A stretch of 64,000 nt of DNA from Deltaproteobacteria bacterium (GCA_046583355.1 JAYGCM010000017.1:24162-88161); one strand, 5' to 3'; shown: positions 19,853 to 29,601, counted from the first letter of the stretch. Notes: generated by a model from the letters alone, not told the origin. A program made the numbers and translations.

Positions 19853-19936
19853 GCCGGAGTGGCGGAATTGGTAGACGCGCCGGATTCAAAATCCGGTTTC
19901 TTCACGGAAGTGTGGGTTCGAGTCCCACCTCCGGTA
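19853..19936 (+). tRNA. tRNA-Leu(CAA)
   Basis: Acceptor GCCGGAG/CTCCGGT, D arm GGAATTGGTAGAC, anticodon stem CCGGA/TCCGG with loop TTCAAAA (CAA at 19887-89), long variable arm, GGTTCGAGTCC T arm; CCA not encoded. Confidence 0.95.
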
Positions 19937-20021
19937 CTTGCAGTCTCCGAACCTCTCGGGCGCGCCTCGAATATTGCGTGAGTGATTGCGTGAAGTGTCG
20001 TGGTCGGTGAGGATGGGCGGG

Positions 20022-21335
20022 ATGCTGAAGTGCTCTCGGGGCTATGTGGTTACCGGCGCCAACGCGACGGATGTGGAGGCCGTCGACCGTTTCCGCGCGC
20101 GCCTGATCCGTATGGAGGGTGGCGCCGATTTCGTCCTTGATGCCGCCTTGGAGGCGCCGGGTTGCGCGCTCCTGCAGATCTACGCCGCGCTTTTCTGGCT
20201 GCATGGCGCAACGCGCGCCGCCTATGCCCAGGCGATCCCCTGGATCGAGCGCGCCGAGACGGTCCGTGCGGGCATCAGCGGGCGCGAGGCGCAGCTCTTG
20301 GCGGCAGCGAAGCTCTGGCTCGCAGGCGACCCCGAAGCGACGATGGATATGTTCGAGAGCATCACCGAGTCGTTCCCTCGCGATCAGGTCGCTGCGAAAT
20401 CATGCGAGTTCAACCAATTTATTGTCGGTCAGCATTTTCAGGCCGCACGTTTCCTTGCCCATATGGAGCGCATCGCCGAGGCCAACGCGGACACAAGCGA
20501 CATCATCGCCATGCGGGCCTTCGCCAACGAGTTGTCTGGTAATTACGACGAGGCGCGGCGCCACGCTGAGCACGCCATCAAGCTTCATTATGCAACGCCG
20601 TGGGCGCATCATGCGCTGGCCCATATCGCGCTCGTCAATGATGATATTGAGAGCGGCCTCGCCGAGCAGAACGCCTTCTTGTCCACCTGGAACCAGCCTG
20701 GCCCGACGATCCACGGCCATAATAGCTGGCACCTCGCTTTGCTCCGCCTGCAGGCTGGCGACACCGAGGGCAGCCTCGCGCTTCTCGACGGCCGGATCTG
20801 GGGCGCCTTGACCGAGTCGATCACTGAACAAACCGATACGATCTCGCTTCTTTGGCGCATTGAGATGGACGGTGGCCAGGTCCGCGGTGGCCTCTGGGCA
20901 GAAATCGCCGCGGCTTGCGCGCCGCTGGCCGGCGACGCCTTGTTGCCCTTCGTAAGCGCGCACCATGCCTATGCCTTTTCGCGCGCTGAAGGCAGCAGCG
21001 CGTTGGAAGAACTGCGCGCGAGTGCTGCCCGTGCCGGCCGTGAAGGCAGCGAGGCGCGCCGACGTGTCTGGGGGGAGGTCGGTATCCCGGCCATCGAGGC
21101 GGGAGTCGCGGCCGCCCAGGGCGACTCGGCGGGCGTCGTCCGGAGTCTCCTTGGCGTGTTCCCTGAGCTTCCGCGTCTCGGCGGCAGCGACGCGCAGGGC
21201 GACCTCTGGCGTCAGGCCTTGGTCTACGCGTTGGTGAACTTGGGCCGCGATCGCGAAGCCCGCGCTCTCCTCCCACTCTTCCCTGGCAATCGCCGCGCCT
21301 CTCGCCTGCTCGAAGCTCGCGCCCTCTCGGCATGA
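20022..21335 (+). CDS. TTC38-like tetratricopeptide repeat protein
   Basis: PWAHHALAH, HNSWHLAL, SLLWRIEM, LGGSDAQGD resemble TTC38-family motifs; start uncertain. Confidence 0.75.
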   Translation: MLKCSRGYVVTGANATDVEAVDRFRARLIRMEGGADFVLDAALEAPGCALLQIYAALFWLHGATRAAYAQAIPWIERAETVRAGISGREAQLLAAAKLWLAGDPEATMDMFESITESFPRDQVAAKSCEFNQFIVGQHFQAARFLAHMERIAEANADTSDIIAMRAFANELSGNYDEARRHAEHAIKLHYATPWAHHALAHIALVNDDIESGLAEQNAFLSTWNQPGPTIHGHNSWHLALLRLQAGDTEGSLALLDGRIWGALTESITEQTDTISLLWRIEMDGGQVRGGLWAEIAAACAPLAGDALLPFVSAHHAYAFSRAEGSSALEELRASAARAGREGSEARRRVWGEVGIPAIEAGVAAAQGDSAGVVRSLLGVFPELPRLGGSDAQGDLWRQALVYALVNLGRDREARALLPLFPGNRRASRLLEARALSA

Positions 21336-21363
21336 ACGACCGCAGCCGCGCGTGGCCCCGGCG

Positions 21364-21786
21364 TCAGGTGTCCTGGCCGAGATAGGTGAAGCCGTAGCCC
21401 TGGGCGGCGCGGCCCAATTCGTGGTCATGGGTTGCGAATTGCAGGTCCGGCTCGCGCATCTCGCGAACGAAGAGAGCGCTCACGAGGTGGATGGCGTCGA
21501 GAGTTCCGACAGCGCTGGGCATGGGCAGCGAAGCGCGCTCCAGGATAGCCCGGTCGAGGCTGACGATTTCTAGCCCGTTCTCCATGCTGCGCAATGCTGC
21601 ATGGGCTTGGGTAATTTGGGAGTCGTTCAGGTTCGCAGCCAAGCGATGGCGGTCGACGGCTCGCCGTGCCTCGACCAAGAGGATCTCGCTTGCATAGGCG
21701 CGCGTCCACGTCGCCCATTCGGGGAGGAGCGGGCGCTGGTTCAGGAGCACGCGAAGCAACACGCTGGTGTCCAGAAAGAGGATCAC
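21364..21786 (-). CDS. vapC: VapC/PIN-domain toxin
   Basis: FLDTSVL, TLDAIHLVSA, FATHDHEL. Confidence 0.88.
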   Translation of the reverse strand: MILFLDTSVLLRVLLNQRPLLPEWATWTRAYASEILLVEARRAVDRHRLAANLNDSQITQAHAALRSMENGLEIVSLDRAILERASLPMPSAVGTLDAIHLVSALFVREMREPDLQFATHDHELGRAAQGYGFTYLGQDT

Positions 21787-22040
21787 CGGCGGTCGCGGTC
21801 CAGGCGCAGCTCCGCGACGATGTTGATGGACTCGCGGGGTGAGACTCCGCGGACCTGGCGCGTCTCTTCGGGCGAGGCCGTCGCATGCCGAATGCGGATG
21901 CCGAGCCCCGCTTCCTCGTAGGGCACCAATCGGGCGACCGGCGTGCGCCGGTCGCAGACAATCACGGACTCGCCGCTCCTGACCTCCGCGACGTACGCGC
22001 TCAAATGAGCCTTGAATTCGCTGATGAGAGCCCGCTTCAT
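21783..22040 (-). CDS. Phd/YefM-family antitoxin
   Basis: ISEFKAHLSAYVAEVRSGESVIVCDRRTPVARLVP; GTGA overlap with toxin. Confidence 0.9.
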   Translation of the reverse strand: MKRALISEFKAHLSAYVAEVRSGESVIVCDRRTPVARLVPYEEAGLGIRIRHATASPEETRQVRGVSPRESINIVAELRLDRDRR

Positions 22041-22043
22041 GGA

Positions 22044-22076
22044 ACTATATATGACCGGATCGGGTCATATAGTCAA
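22044..22076 (-). promoter_or_regulatory. TA promoter with palindromic operator
   Basis: Inverted repeat TATATGACC(22048-56)/GGTCATATA(22063-71) lying between TTGACT (-35, minus strand) and the ATG. Confidence 0.7.
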
Positions 22077-22244
22077 GGCTCGGCTATCGACGCTCGGTTC
22101 GGACGCTTCTGCAAACGGCTCGGTCGCGTGCAAGTTGCGGGCTTTTGGCGGGCTTATTAGTCGAGAGGTGTCCCTTCGGGGCCCTGCTTCGCGTGTGTTT
22201 CGCGGCGGGGCGGTCGGTGCGGACAGAAAGTAAGGAGACTCATC

Positions 22245-23411
22245 GTGCAGGAAGCAGTGATTATTGACGCAGTCCGGACCCCGGGCGGTCGTCGCAATGG
22301 AAGACTCAAAGACCAGCATCCGGCGGCGTTGGCCGGCCAGGTGCTCAGCGCGATTGCCTCGCGCAACAACCTCGATCCCGCGCTGGTCGACGATGTCATC
22401 ATGGGCTGCGTCATGCAGGTCGGGCCGCAGTCGGTGAATATTGCGCGCAACGCGCTACTGGCGGCGGGTTGGCCGGAGTCGGTGCCGGGCACCACGGTAG
22501 ACCGCCAATGCGGCAGCTCGCAGCAGGCGATGCATTTTGCCGCCCAGGGCGTCATGGCTGGCGTGTATGATGTGGTTGTCGCCGCCGGCACCGAAGTGAT
22601 GAGCCAGGTGCCGATGGGCGCGTCGATCGTCAAGGGAATGAAATTTCCTTTCCCGCAAGAAATGATCGACCGCTACAAGGAGACCGGCTTACCGCCGCAG
22701 GGCATCGGTGCCGATATGATCGCCGACCAATGGGGCATCACGCGCGAAGAGCTCGATGAGTTCGGTGCGCTTTCGCAGCAACGCGCCGAGCGCGCGCGCG
22801 ATGAAGGCCGCTTCGCCAACGAGATCATTCCCGTGACGGTCACCGATGAGGAAGGCAAAGAATTCGTCGTCAAGCATGATGAAGGAATCCGCCCGGGTAC
22901 GACCGCCGAGATCCTCTCCGGCCTCAAGCCGGCCTTCCAGGAAAACGGACGCGTCACGGCGGGCAATAGCTCGCAGATCTGTGACGGGGCATCGGCCGTG
23001 CTCATCATGAGCGCCGAGAAGGCCAAAGAGCTGGGCCTCAAGCCGCGGGCGCGTTTCCATTCCTTCGCCGTCGCCGGCTCGGACCCGGTCAAAATGCTCA
23101 CCGGTCCGATTCCCGCGACCGAGAAGATTCTCAAGAAAAGCGGACTCTCGATTGACGAGATTGACCTCTTTGAAGTCAATGAAGCGTTTGCCTCGGTCGT
23201 GCTGGCCTGGCGCAAAGAGATGGGTGCCGACATCGAAAAAGTCAATGTGAACGGTGGCGCGATCGCGCTCGGCCATCCGCTGGGGGCCTCGGGCACCAAG
23301 CTGATGGCGACTTTGCTCAACGAACTGGAGCGGACCGACGGTAGATTCGGTCTGCAAATCATGTGCGAGGGCGGTGGCATGGCCAACGCGACCCTCATTG
23401 AAAGGATTTGA
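22245..23411 (+). CDS. Acetyl-CoA C-acyltransferase (thiolase)
   Basis: DRQCGSSQQA, EVNEAFA, NVNGGAIALGHPLGASG, MCEGGG. Confidence 0.95.
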   Translation: MQEAVIIDAVRTPGGRRNGRLKDQHPAALAGQVLSAIASRNNLDPALVDDVIMGCVMQVGPQSVNIARNALLAAGWPESVPGTTVDRQCGSSQQAMHFAAQGVMAGVYDVVVAAGTEVMSQVPMGASIVKGMKFPFPQEMIDRYKETGLPPQGIGADMIADQWGITREELDEFGALSQQRAERARDEGRFANEIIPVTVTDEEGKEFVVKHDEGIRPGTTAEILSGLKPAFQENGRVTAGNSSQICDGASAVLIMSAEKAKELGLKPRARFHSFAVAGSDPVKMLTGPIPATEKILKKSGLSIDEIDLFEVNEAFASVVLAWRKEMGADIEKVNVNGGAIALGHPLGASGTKLMATLLNELERTDGRFGLQIMCEGGGMANATLIERI

Positions 23412-23414
23412 TTC

Positions 23415-24185
23415 ATGGAACTCAAAGGAGCCTCAGCTCTCATCACCGGTGGTGCCTCGGGTATCGGCGCCGCCAGCGCTCGTAAGCTTGCCAAACTCGG
23501 CGCGCGTCCCCTCATCTGCGACCTGAACGAAGAGAAGGGTAAAGCGATTGCCGCCGAATTGAACGGCGCCTTCGTGAAAACCGATGTCTCGGACGAAGCT
23601 CAGGTGCAGGCGGCGGTGGAAGCCGCTCAGGCGCTCGGCCCGATCCGCGCCGTGTTGAACGCCGCCGGTCTCGGCAGCGCGAGCCGCACGGTCAACCGTG
23701 ACGGCGTGCCTTTTCCGCTTGACCAATTCGCTTTCGTGATCAAGGTGAACCTGATCGGCACGTTCAACGTGATACGTCTGGCCGCAGCAGCCATGTCGAA
23801 ACAGGAACCGCTTGACGCCGACGGCCAGCGCGGCGCCATCGTGAACCTCGCTTCGGTTGCTGCCTTTGATGGGCAGATCGGCCAGGCCGCCTACTCGGCG
23901 TCCAAGGGCGGCATCGTCGGCCTGACTTTGCCGGTAGCCCGCGACCTGGCTGCCATCGGCATCCGCGTCAACACAATCGCACCGGGGCTGATCGATACGC
24001 CGATTTACGGCGAGGGCCCGGCTTCGGAGGATTTCAAGGCCAATCTCGGCCGTAACGTGCTCTTCCCGAAGCGTCTCGGTAGCGGCGAGGAGCTCGCCTC
24101 CATGGTCGTCGAGCTCATCACCAACGATTATATGAATGCCGAAGTGCTGCGCGTCGATGGCGGCATTCGCATGCCGCCGAAGTGA
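23415..24185 (+). CDS. SDR, 3-hydroxyacyl-CoA dehydrogenase type II (HSD17B10-like)
   Basis: TGGASGIG, ASVAAFDGQIGQAAYSASKGG. Confidence 0.93.
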   Translation: MELKGASALITGGASGIGAASARKLAKLGARPLICDLNEEKGKAIAAELNGAFVKTDVSDEAQVQAAVEAAQALGPIRAVLNAAGLGSASRTVNRDGVPFPLDQFAFVIKVNLIGTFNVIRLAAAAMSKQEPLDADGQRGAIVNLASVAAFDGQIGQAAYSASKGGIVGLTLPVARDLAAIGIRVNTIAPGLIDTPIYGEGPASEDFKANLGRNVLFPKRLGSGEELASMVVELITNDYMNAEVLRVDGGIRMPPK

Positions 24186-24198
24186 AGGGAGTCTGAAA

Positions 24199-24951
24199 AT
24201 GTCTGATGTACTTTTGCAGGAGACTCACGGACGGGTGCGTCTGCTGACGCTGAACCGTCCCAAGGCGAAGAACTCGATCAATAGCGAACTCGGCCTTGCG
24301 CTGGTTGCGGCAATCAAGGAGGCCGACGAAGACGAGGGCATCACGGCCATCGTGCTCACGGGTGCCGATGGCGGCTTCAGTGCCGGTATGGACCTCAAGG
24401 CTTTTGCGACCGAAGGGCCGCCGAAGGGCTTTGACGTATTTTTGCGCGAGGGCGCAAAGAAGCCTCTGATCGCGGCCGTCGAGGGCTTTGCCCTGGCCGG
24501 CGGCCTTGAGATCGCTCTCAGCTGTGATCTGATCGTCGCGGCCAAGGGCGTCAAGCTCGGTATCCCCGAGGTCAAGCGCGGGCTCTTCGCGGCCGGTGGC
24601 GGGCTCTTCCGCCTGCCCGCCCGTGTTCCCTACGCCGTCGCCATGGAAATGGCGCTGACGGCTGAGCCGATCAGCTCGGAGCAGGGCAAGGAAGTCGGGC
24701 TGGTGGCGCGACTGGCCGAGCCGGGCAAAGCCGTCGAGGCGGCCTTGGCGTTGGCCGAGCAAATCGCGAAGAACGCGCCGCTGGCTGTGGCGGCCAGCAA
24801 ACAGGTCATCCGCAGCACACGCGGGATGGTCGAGGCCGATGCATGGGAGGCCCAGAATCCGCATCTCGGTACCGTTTTCATGAGCGCGGATGCCCAGGAG
24901 GGCCCGCGCGCTTTTGCCGAGAAGCGCGAGCCGAAGTGGTCCGGTAAATAA
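24199..24951 (+). CDS. Enoyl-CoA hydratase/crotonase
   Basis: FSAGMDLK, AVEGFALAGGLEIALSCD, GIPEVKRGL. Confidence 0.93.
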   Translation: MSDVLLQETHGRVRLLTLNRPKAKNSINSELGLALVAAIKEADEDEGITAIVLTGADGGFSAGMDLKAFATEGPPKGFDVFLREGAKKPLIAAVEGFALAGGLEIALSCDLIVAAKGVKLGIPEVKRGLFAAGGGLFRLPARVPYAVAMEMALTAEPISSEQGKEVGLVARLAEPGKAVEAALALAEQIAKNAPLAVAASKQVIRSTRGMVEADAWEAQNPHLGTVFMSADAQEGPRAFAEKREPKWSGK

Positions 24952-24984
24952 CCGAATACCCTCGCTGCGCCGTCGCCTCTTTTA

Positions 24985-25635
24985 TCAGCGGCGGCGGCGC
25001 GGCGGTCGGGTTTCGGCGGCGCGGCTGAGCGTCTCGCCGAGGAAGCGCGCCGTCTCTTCGAGGTCGCGGCGCAGGGGGTGGCGGCGGTTTACGCCCCACG
25101 TCACCATGCACTCGCCGAGTCCGGCCGAGACGATGCGTGCGAGGTGGGCGAGTTCGTAGTCGCGTCGGAGGTCACCGGCATCGAGCCCGTCTTGCAGCAG
25201 CGCCTCGAAGGTCGCGTGTACGCGGCTGGCGATTTTGCGGCGGGTGGCCTGGTCACGCGGTGTGACGACAGCCTCGCAGACGAGAAAATGGGCCGTCTGC
25301 GGGTCGGCTTCGGCGCCGTCAGCCAACTTCGTGAAGAGCATGCCGAGACGCTCGGCGGTCGACGCCGGTACGGCGCGCGCTTCGGCCACGGCGTCTTGAA
25401 TCGAGATCAGCATGGCTTCGCTCAAGGCGGCAGCGATGGCGGGCTTGGTGGAGAAATAATTGAAGCAGGTCTGGCGCGAGAGGTTCGCTTGTTCGGCGAT
25501 CTTCTCGACGCTGGTGGCCTCGAAGCCGTCGCGCGCAAAGAGGTCGCTGGCGGCCTTCAGGATGGCCGCGCGGGTCGCACGCTTCTTGCGCTCGCGCAGG
25601 CCGGGCTTTTGCGTGGCTATGTGGGTCGGTGCCAT
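24985..25635 (-). CDS. TetR family regulator
   Basis: GLRERKKRATRAAILKAASDLFARDGFEATSVEKIAEQANLSRQTCFNYFSTK; start at MAPTH. Confidence 0.9.
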   Translation of the reverse strand: MAPTHIATQKPGLRERKKRATRAAILKAASDLFARDGFEATSVEKIAEQANLSRQTCFNYFSTKPAIAAALSEAMLISIQDAVAEARAVPASTAERLGMLFTKLADGAEADPQTAHFLVCEAVVTPRDQATRRKIASRVHATFEALLQDGLDAGDLRRDYELAHLARIVSAGLGECMVTWGVNRRHPLRRDLEETARFLGETLSRAAETRPPRRRR

Positions 25636-25637
25636 TT

Positions 25638-27716
25638 TCAGCCCCGCTTCTTGTTTTGTCTGGCTGGCTCGAGCGGGGCTGCCGGCAGGGGCTCCCACCA
25701 GATCGGCGAGGTCCAGGCGCGCTCCTGGATCACCGGCGAATAGAAGGCCTCGTCGGCCGGGTCGAGGCAGCAATTGGCGAAGGCCTCGCCCGTGGCGTTC
25801 TCCTCGTCGCGTGCGCGCGCGCTGGCGAGGTTGGCCTGGGCAGTGCAATCGCCGGCGAAGGGATTCACGCCCGCGGCCATGCAGGTATGTGTGCTCCAGC
25901 GACAGCTCGGGTTCTCCAACACGCGGAGGTAGTAGAAGGCCGGCTGCGCGGGGTCGAAATCGGGGTCCTGCCAGATTGTGCAAAGCGATGCGGCGCCGCG
26001 CCCCACGGGCGCGCAGGTATCCTCGTCGACCCAGGCGCCCTGATGGCCGCTGGTGGCGACATCATGGACCCGCTCATGGGTCACGCCAGATGCGTCGACC
26101 CAGCCTTTGATGATCTGTGCGCGCGCAAGATCGAGGCCGGGGTGGGTGGGCGTGCCGCTATCCTTGAGGGCGCTGACGAGAAAGCGCGGCGCCGTCGCTT
26201 CCTTGGTGGCCTCGAGCATCCCGCCCATGGGCGTGCCCTTGTCGTAGGCACGGGCGATGCTGTCGGGCTGGTCACAGAGGTCGAGGGGCAGTCGGCTGCC
26301 GCCGAAGAAGCGCACGATCGGACGGCTCCCGCTGGTTGCGTAGGCTTCGCGGCGGCGCAGGGCGGCGAAAAGAGCGTCACGCGAGTTCTCCTCGGCCCAG
26401 ATGACGGCGAGCCCACCGGGGTTGGAGACGATATGGTCCTGAATCTTGCGGTAGCCTGCGTCGCGGCGCCCGATATGGCCGACGAAATTCGCCTCCTCGG
26501 TGCCGCCGGCGGTGGCGCTATGGGTGTCGGTGCTGCCGATGAAGCCCATACGGAAGGGGTTGGTGCCGCTTTGCTGGCCCAGCGCGAGCCCATCTTTCAA
26601 GGCGTTGCGCACCATATTGCGCGGTGGGAAGGATTCGATCGCGACCGGCATGCCCGTCTCGCTACGCATTTCGCCATTGACGTTGGCGAGCATTGTGAGG
26701 TTGTCGGTCCCGGCCTGCTCGAAATCGCAGAGTTCGTCTTTGGTCTGGAGGCCACGGCCGGCCCGTCGGTCGAAACGGCATTCCGAGCTTGCCTTGTGCT
26801 GGATCAGCTCCACGATGGGCTCGAAGAAGAGGCGCTCGTCAGCTTCTTCGGGTGTCAGCGGGTCGCGGAACATAAGACCGCGCGAGAGGTTGGGGTTATG
26901 CGGGATGGCCAAGACATCGCAGCCCTGGTCTCCCTCGATGCATTTTTCGCGTAATTTCTCCCAGAGCCGCACGAAGCCCATGGGGCCGGTATCGTAGACC
27001 GAGATCGGCTTCTCGAGCACATGCTGGTTTCGGAAGATGACGTTGCGGTGCATATTGGAGGAGTCCGGCGCGTCGGTGAATTCGTAGGCGACGAAGGTGG
27101 TGAACGAGCAGCGCGAAGAGCGGTCGTAGGCTGCCTCGGCGGCCGCCTGGATTGTCCCCCAGGTGTCGGCGGCGGCGCTTTCGCAATCGCCGAGCGTGCA
27201 GACAAACGAGCGCTCGCGGCCACCGCCGCGCCCGCCCAGCTTGCCCCACCAATTGATTGCGACGAGCTGGACCCAGAGGTTCGATGCGCGTGTCAGGACG
27301 CAATGCGGCCACCACCAGGCGAGCCGGGCTGGGTCGGTAGTGCAGAGATTCATCTCGCCGAAATATTCAGCGTGGTCGGTTACGGCGGCGAAATCGATCG
27401 GACGACCGATCCGGGCGCGCGTATTCTGCCGGGCCTGGGCGTCGGGCAGCACGATGCTTTCGCCGCGCGCATAGCGGTAGGCCGCGTCGGGGCCGTTGCG
27501 CTGGCTGGAGATGAAGGAGTCTTGCGAGAGGCTGGTATGAATATGGAGGTCGCCGAAAAACGGCTGCTTCAGCGCGTCATAATGCGCGCAATCCTCGCGT
27601 GTCTCCGTGCGTGCAAAGGGCCGCTCGGCCACCGCAGGTGATGCCACGAGGAGGGCGGCCACAAGCCCCAGGAGCGCGGCCGCCGCTTGCCGGCCTCTCT
27701 GCCTGGCTTTTGTCAT
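25638..27716 (-). CDS. DUF3604-family PHP-like metallohydrolase, secreted (second paralog)
   Basis: FFGDLHIHTSLSQD, AVTDHAE, NMHRNVI, IPHNPN, GSTDTH, QERAWTSPIW; signal peptide. Confidence 0.85.
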   Translation of the reverse strand: MTKARQRGRQAAAALLGLVAALLVASPAVAERPFARTETREDCAHYDALKQPFFGDLHIHTSLSQDSFISSQRNGPDAAYRYARGESIVLPDAQARQNTRARIGRPIDFAAVTDHAEYFGEMNLCTTDPARLAWWWPHCVLTRASNLWVQLVAINWWGKLGGRGGGRERSFVCTLGDCESAAADTWGTIQAAAEAAYDRSSRCSFTTFVAYEFTDAPDSSNMHRNVIFRNQHVLEKPISVYDTGPMGFVRLWEKLREKCIEGDQGCDVLAIPHNPNLSRGLMFRDPLTPEEADERLFFEPIVELIQHKASSECRFDRRAGRGLQTKDELCDFEQAGTDNLTMLANVNGEMRSETGMPVAIESFPPRNMVRNALKDGLALGQQSGTNPFRMGFIGSTDTHSATAGGTEEANFVGHIGRRDAGYRKIQDHIVSNPGGLAVIWAEENSRDALFAALRRREAYATSGSRPIVRFFGGSRLPLDLCDQPDSIARAYDKGTPMGGMLEATKEATAPRFLVSALKDSGTPTHPGLDLARAQIIKGWVDASGVTHERVHDVATSGHQGAWVDEDTCAPVGRGAASLCTIWQDPDFDPAQPAFYYLRVLENPSCRWSTHTCMAAGVNPFAGDCTAQANLASARARDEENATGEAFANCCLDPADEAFYSPVIQERAWTSPIWWEPLPAAPLEPARQNKKRG

Positions 27717-28585
27717 CGATTTGGCGCGAAGACTTCCAGGGTATTTTCGTCGAGCAGGCCCATGCCGAGTTCGGGATGCAGCGGGTGGAGCAAAACCTGC
27801 GAGGCACCGGCAGCGAAATGCTCGTCAATGCGTGCGCGAATCTTCGCGGCATTGCCCCAGGCGACGATGCCGTCGAGCCAGGCGTGGTCGGCAGCATCGA
27901 TCTGCTCTTCGCTGAAGCCCATCGTCTTCCACGCATTGCGGTAGCCCGGAGCGCGGGCATAGAAACCGAGGGCGCTTTTTGCCAACTCGCGGGCCTTGAC
28001 GGGATCTTCCTGCAGTAGAACTTTTTGCTCGACGATGAGTTCCTTGTCCGGCCCGAGGATCTCACGGGCGCGCGCGGTATGTTCGGGCGTGACGTTGTAG
28101 GTATGCGCTCCGTCGGCTTTTTCGGCGGAGAGTGCGATTGCCTTGGGCCCGAGCACGCCCAGAATCACCGGCACAGGCTCGGCCGGCGGGATTGAAAAAT
28201 ACCGCGAGCTTTCCATTTTCTCCAGGAACTCGCCCAGGAAGCGGAAGGGGCGGGTGTAGTCGAGGCCACGGATTTTCTGCACGATGACCGGGCTCGAGAC
28301 GCCGAGTCCGAGCACGAAACGGCCGCCCGTCTGCTCCGAGAGTGTATTGGCGGCCTGCTTCATCACACCGGGGTGGCGGTTGTAGATATTGGCGATGCCG
28401 GTGGCGAGGATGAGCTTCGTCGTGCCCGAACCAAGCCAGGCGAGGTGCGCGAAGGGGTCGCGGCCGAAGGTCTCACCGACCCATAGGGATTCGTAGCCCA
28501 AGGCCTCGATCTTCTGCGCCATCGCCAGCGAATCCGCTGCTGTCAGCCCTTCGGGGGCAAACCAAATTCCAAGTCTTCCGCTCAT
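27713..28585 (-). CDS. LLM-class oxidoreductase, probable F420-dependent
   Basis: IEALGYESLWVGE, LATGIANIY, GRFVLGLGVS, ADGAHTY; GGAGGA RBS. Confidence 0.8.
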   Translation of the reverse strand: MSGRLGIWFAPEGLTAADSLAMAQKIEALGYESLWVGETFGRDPFAHLAWLGSGTTKLILATGIANIYNRHPGVMKQAANTLSEQTGGRFVLGLGVSSPVIVQKIRGLDYTRPFRFLGEFLEKMESSRYFSIPPAEPVPVILGVLGPKAIALSAEKADGAHTYNVTPEHTARAREILGPDKELIVEQKVLLQEDPVKARELAKSALGFYARAPGYRNAWKTMGFSEEQIDAADHAWLDGIVAWGNAAKIRARIDEHFAAGASQVLLHPLHPELGMGLLDENTLEVFAPNR

Positions 28586-28710
28586 CGTATCCTCCGATCG
28601 CTGAGGCGGGCGCGCCAAGCGCCTCCTCTACGAAGCTTCCGAATACGAGAAAAATAGACTCGGGTCAATAATTGGACTCGCGCGCTCGGCCGGCGCTGGG
28701 CAGGGCGGGC

Positions 28711-29124
28711 TCAGGTGCCGGGGACGACGGTTTCGATATTGAGCTGGCCGGCGAGGCCAGCCTCACGGTGCACGGCGCTCGCCATATAGTTGGCGTCCAT
28801 TACCATCTGCAGCATCGCCTGGCGCGACGGGTACATCGCAATGGCGACCTGGTCCCAGAGTTCCTCGACCGTGCCGAGGAGTAGCTGTCGTACGCTGCCG
28901 CCAAAAACGAGCTTGCCGCCGACCTTGGCGAGATGCGCGGCGACCTCCCTGCCGTAGATCTGGTAGGCCTCACGGCCCGTCAGGTCGGTCTCGCGGCCAT
29001 CGGCATAGGCGGCCTTATCTTTGAATTTCAGGAGATTGACCATATAGATCGGGCCGGTGGCGCTCTCGTCGGTCAGGCTTTCGATCTGTTCTTTGGTCGG
29101 GACGACGGCATTTTCGACGTGCAT
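28711..29124 (-). CDS. DUF1330-family protein
   Basis: GPIYMVNLLKFK...TGREAY..Y...WDQVAIAMYPS...HREAGL. Confidence 0.8.
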   Translation of the reverse strand: MHVENAVVPTKEQIESLTDESATGPIYMVNLLKFKDKAAYADGRETDLTGREAYQIYGREVAAHLAKVGGKLVFGGSVRQLLLGTVEELWDQVAIAMYPSRQAMLQMVMDANYMASAVHREAGLAGQLNIETVVPGT

Positions 29125-29133
29125 GAAGCGTGC

Positions 29134-29601
29134 CTAGCGCGCGATGCTGCGCTCGTCGATGGCGTCTTGGTAGGTGACGCTGAACTCCGTGAAGCCGGCC
29201 AACGCGTCGGCGAGGCTTTTACCGTCCTGCAGCTCATAGGTGTCGAAGCCGCAGCGCTCCATGAAGAAGAGCTGGTCACGCAGGACATTGCCGATGGCAC
29301 GCAATTCGCCGGCAAAACCCTTGCGGCGCAGCAGGCGCGCGACGCTGAAGGCCCGGCCGTCGCGGTAGATCGGAAGGTCGATCGCGATCAGGTCGATGCC
29401 GGCGAGTTCGGTGGCAATGGGGCGTGCCGGTGTGTCGCCCGGAATGCGCACCCCATATCGGCCCGCGCGCGCGCGTAGCCCGTCGCCTTCTTCGCGAAAG
29501 CGCGTAAGCGAGACGATGATATCGCCTGCGGGCAGGGCCGTGCCGTCGGCGACGTGCTGCCAGCCGTCTTCTACGATTTCGCGTTTACGAATGATCTGCA
29601 T
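29134..29601 (-). CDS. DUF934-family sulfite-reductase-associated protein
   Basis: PIYRDGRAFSVARLLR..GFAGELRAIGNVLRDQLFFMERCGFD; start at MQIIRK overlapping the cysI end. Confidence 0.88.
   Translation of the reverse strand: MQIIRKREIVEDGWQHVADGTALPAGDIIVSLTRFREEGDGLRARAGRYGVRIPGDTPARPIATELAGIDLIAIDLPIYRDGRAFSVARLLRRKGFAGELRAIGNVLRDQLFFMERCGFDTYELQDGKSLADALAGFTEFSVTYQDAIDERSIAR

Noticed and set aside
19853..19936. tRNA as tRNA-Sec (the loop contains TCA)
   Set aside because: The stem CCGGA/TCCGG frames the loop TTCAAAA, so the anticodon is CAA. The 7-bp acceptor stem and Leu-type D arm fit tRNA-Leu, not selC.
19937..22100. tRNA-anchored genomic island
   Set aside because: No integrase, no repeat of the tRNA 3' end noticed, and no obvious composition shift by eye.
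28655..28680. Imperfect palindrome TAGACTCGGGTCAA upstream of the LLM operon as a TetR operator
   Set aside because: Only 10/14 symmetric and a single copy; too weak to call.
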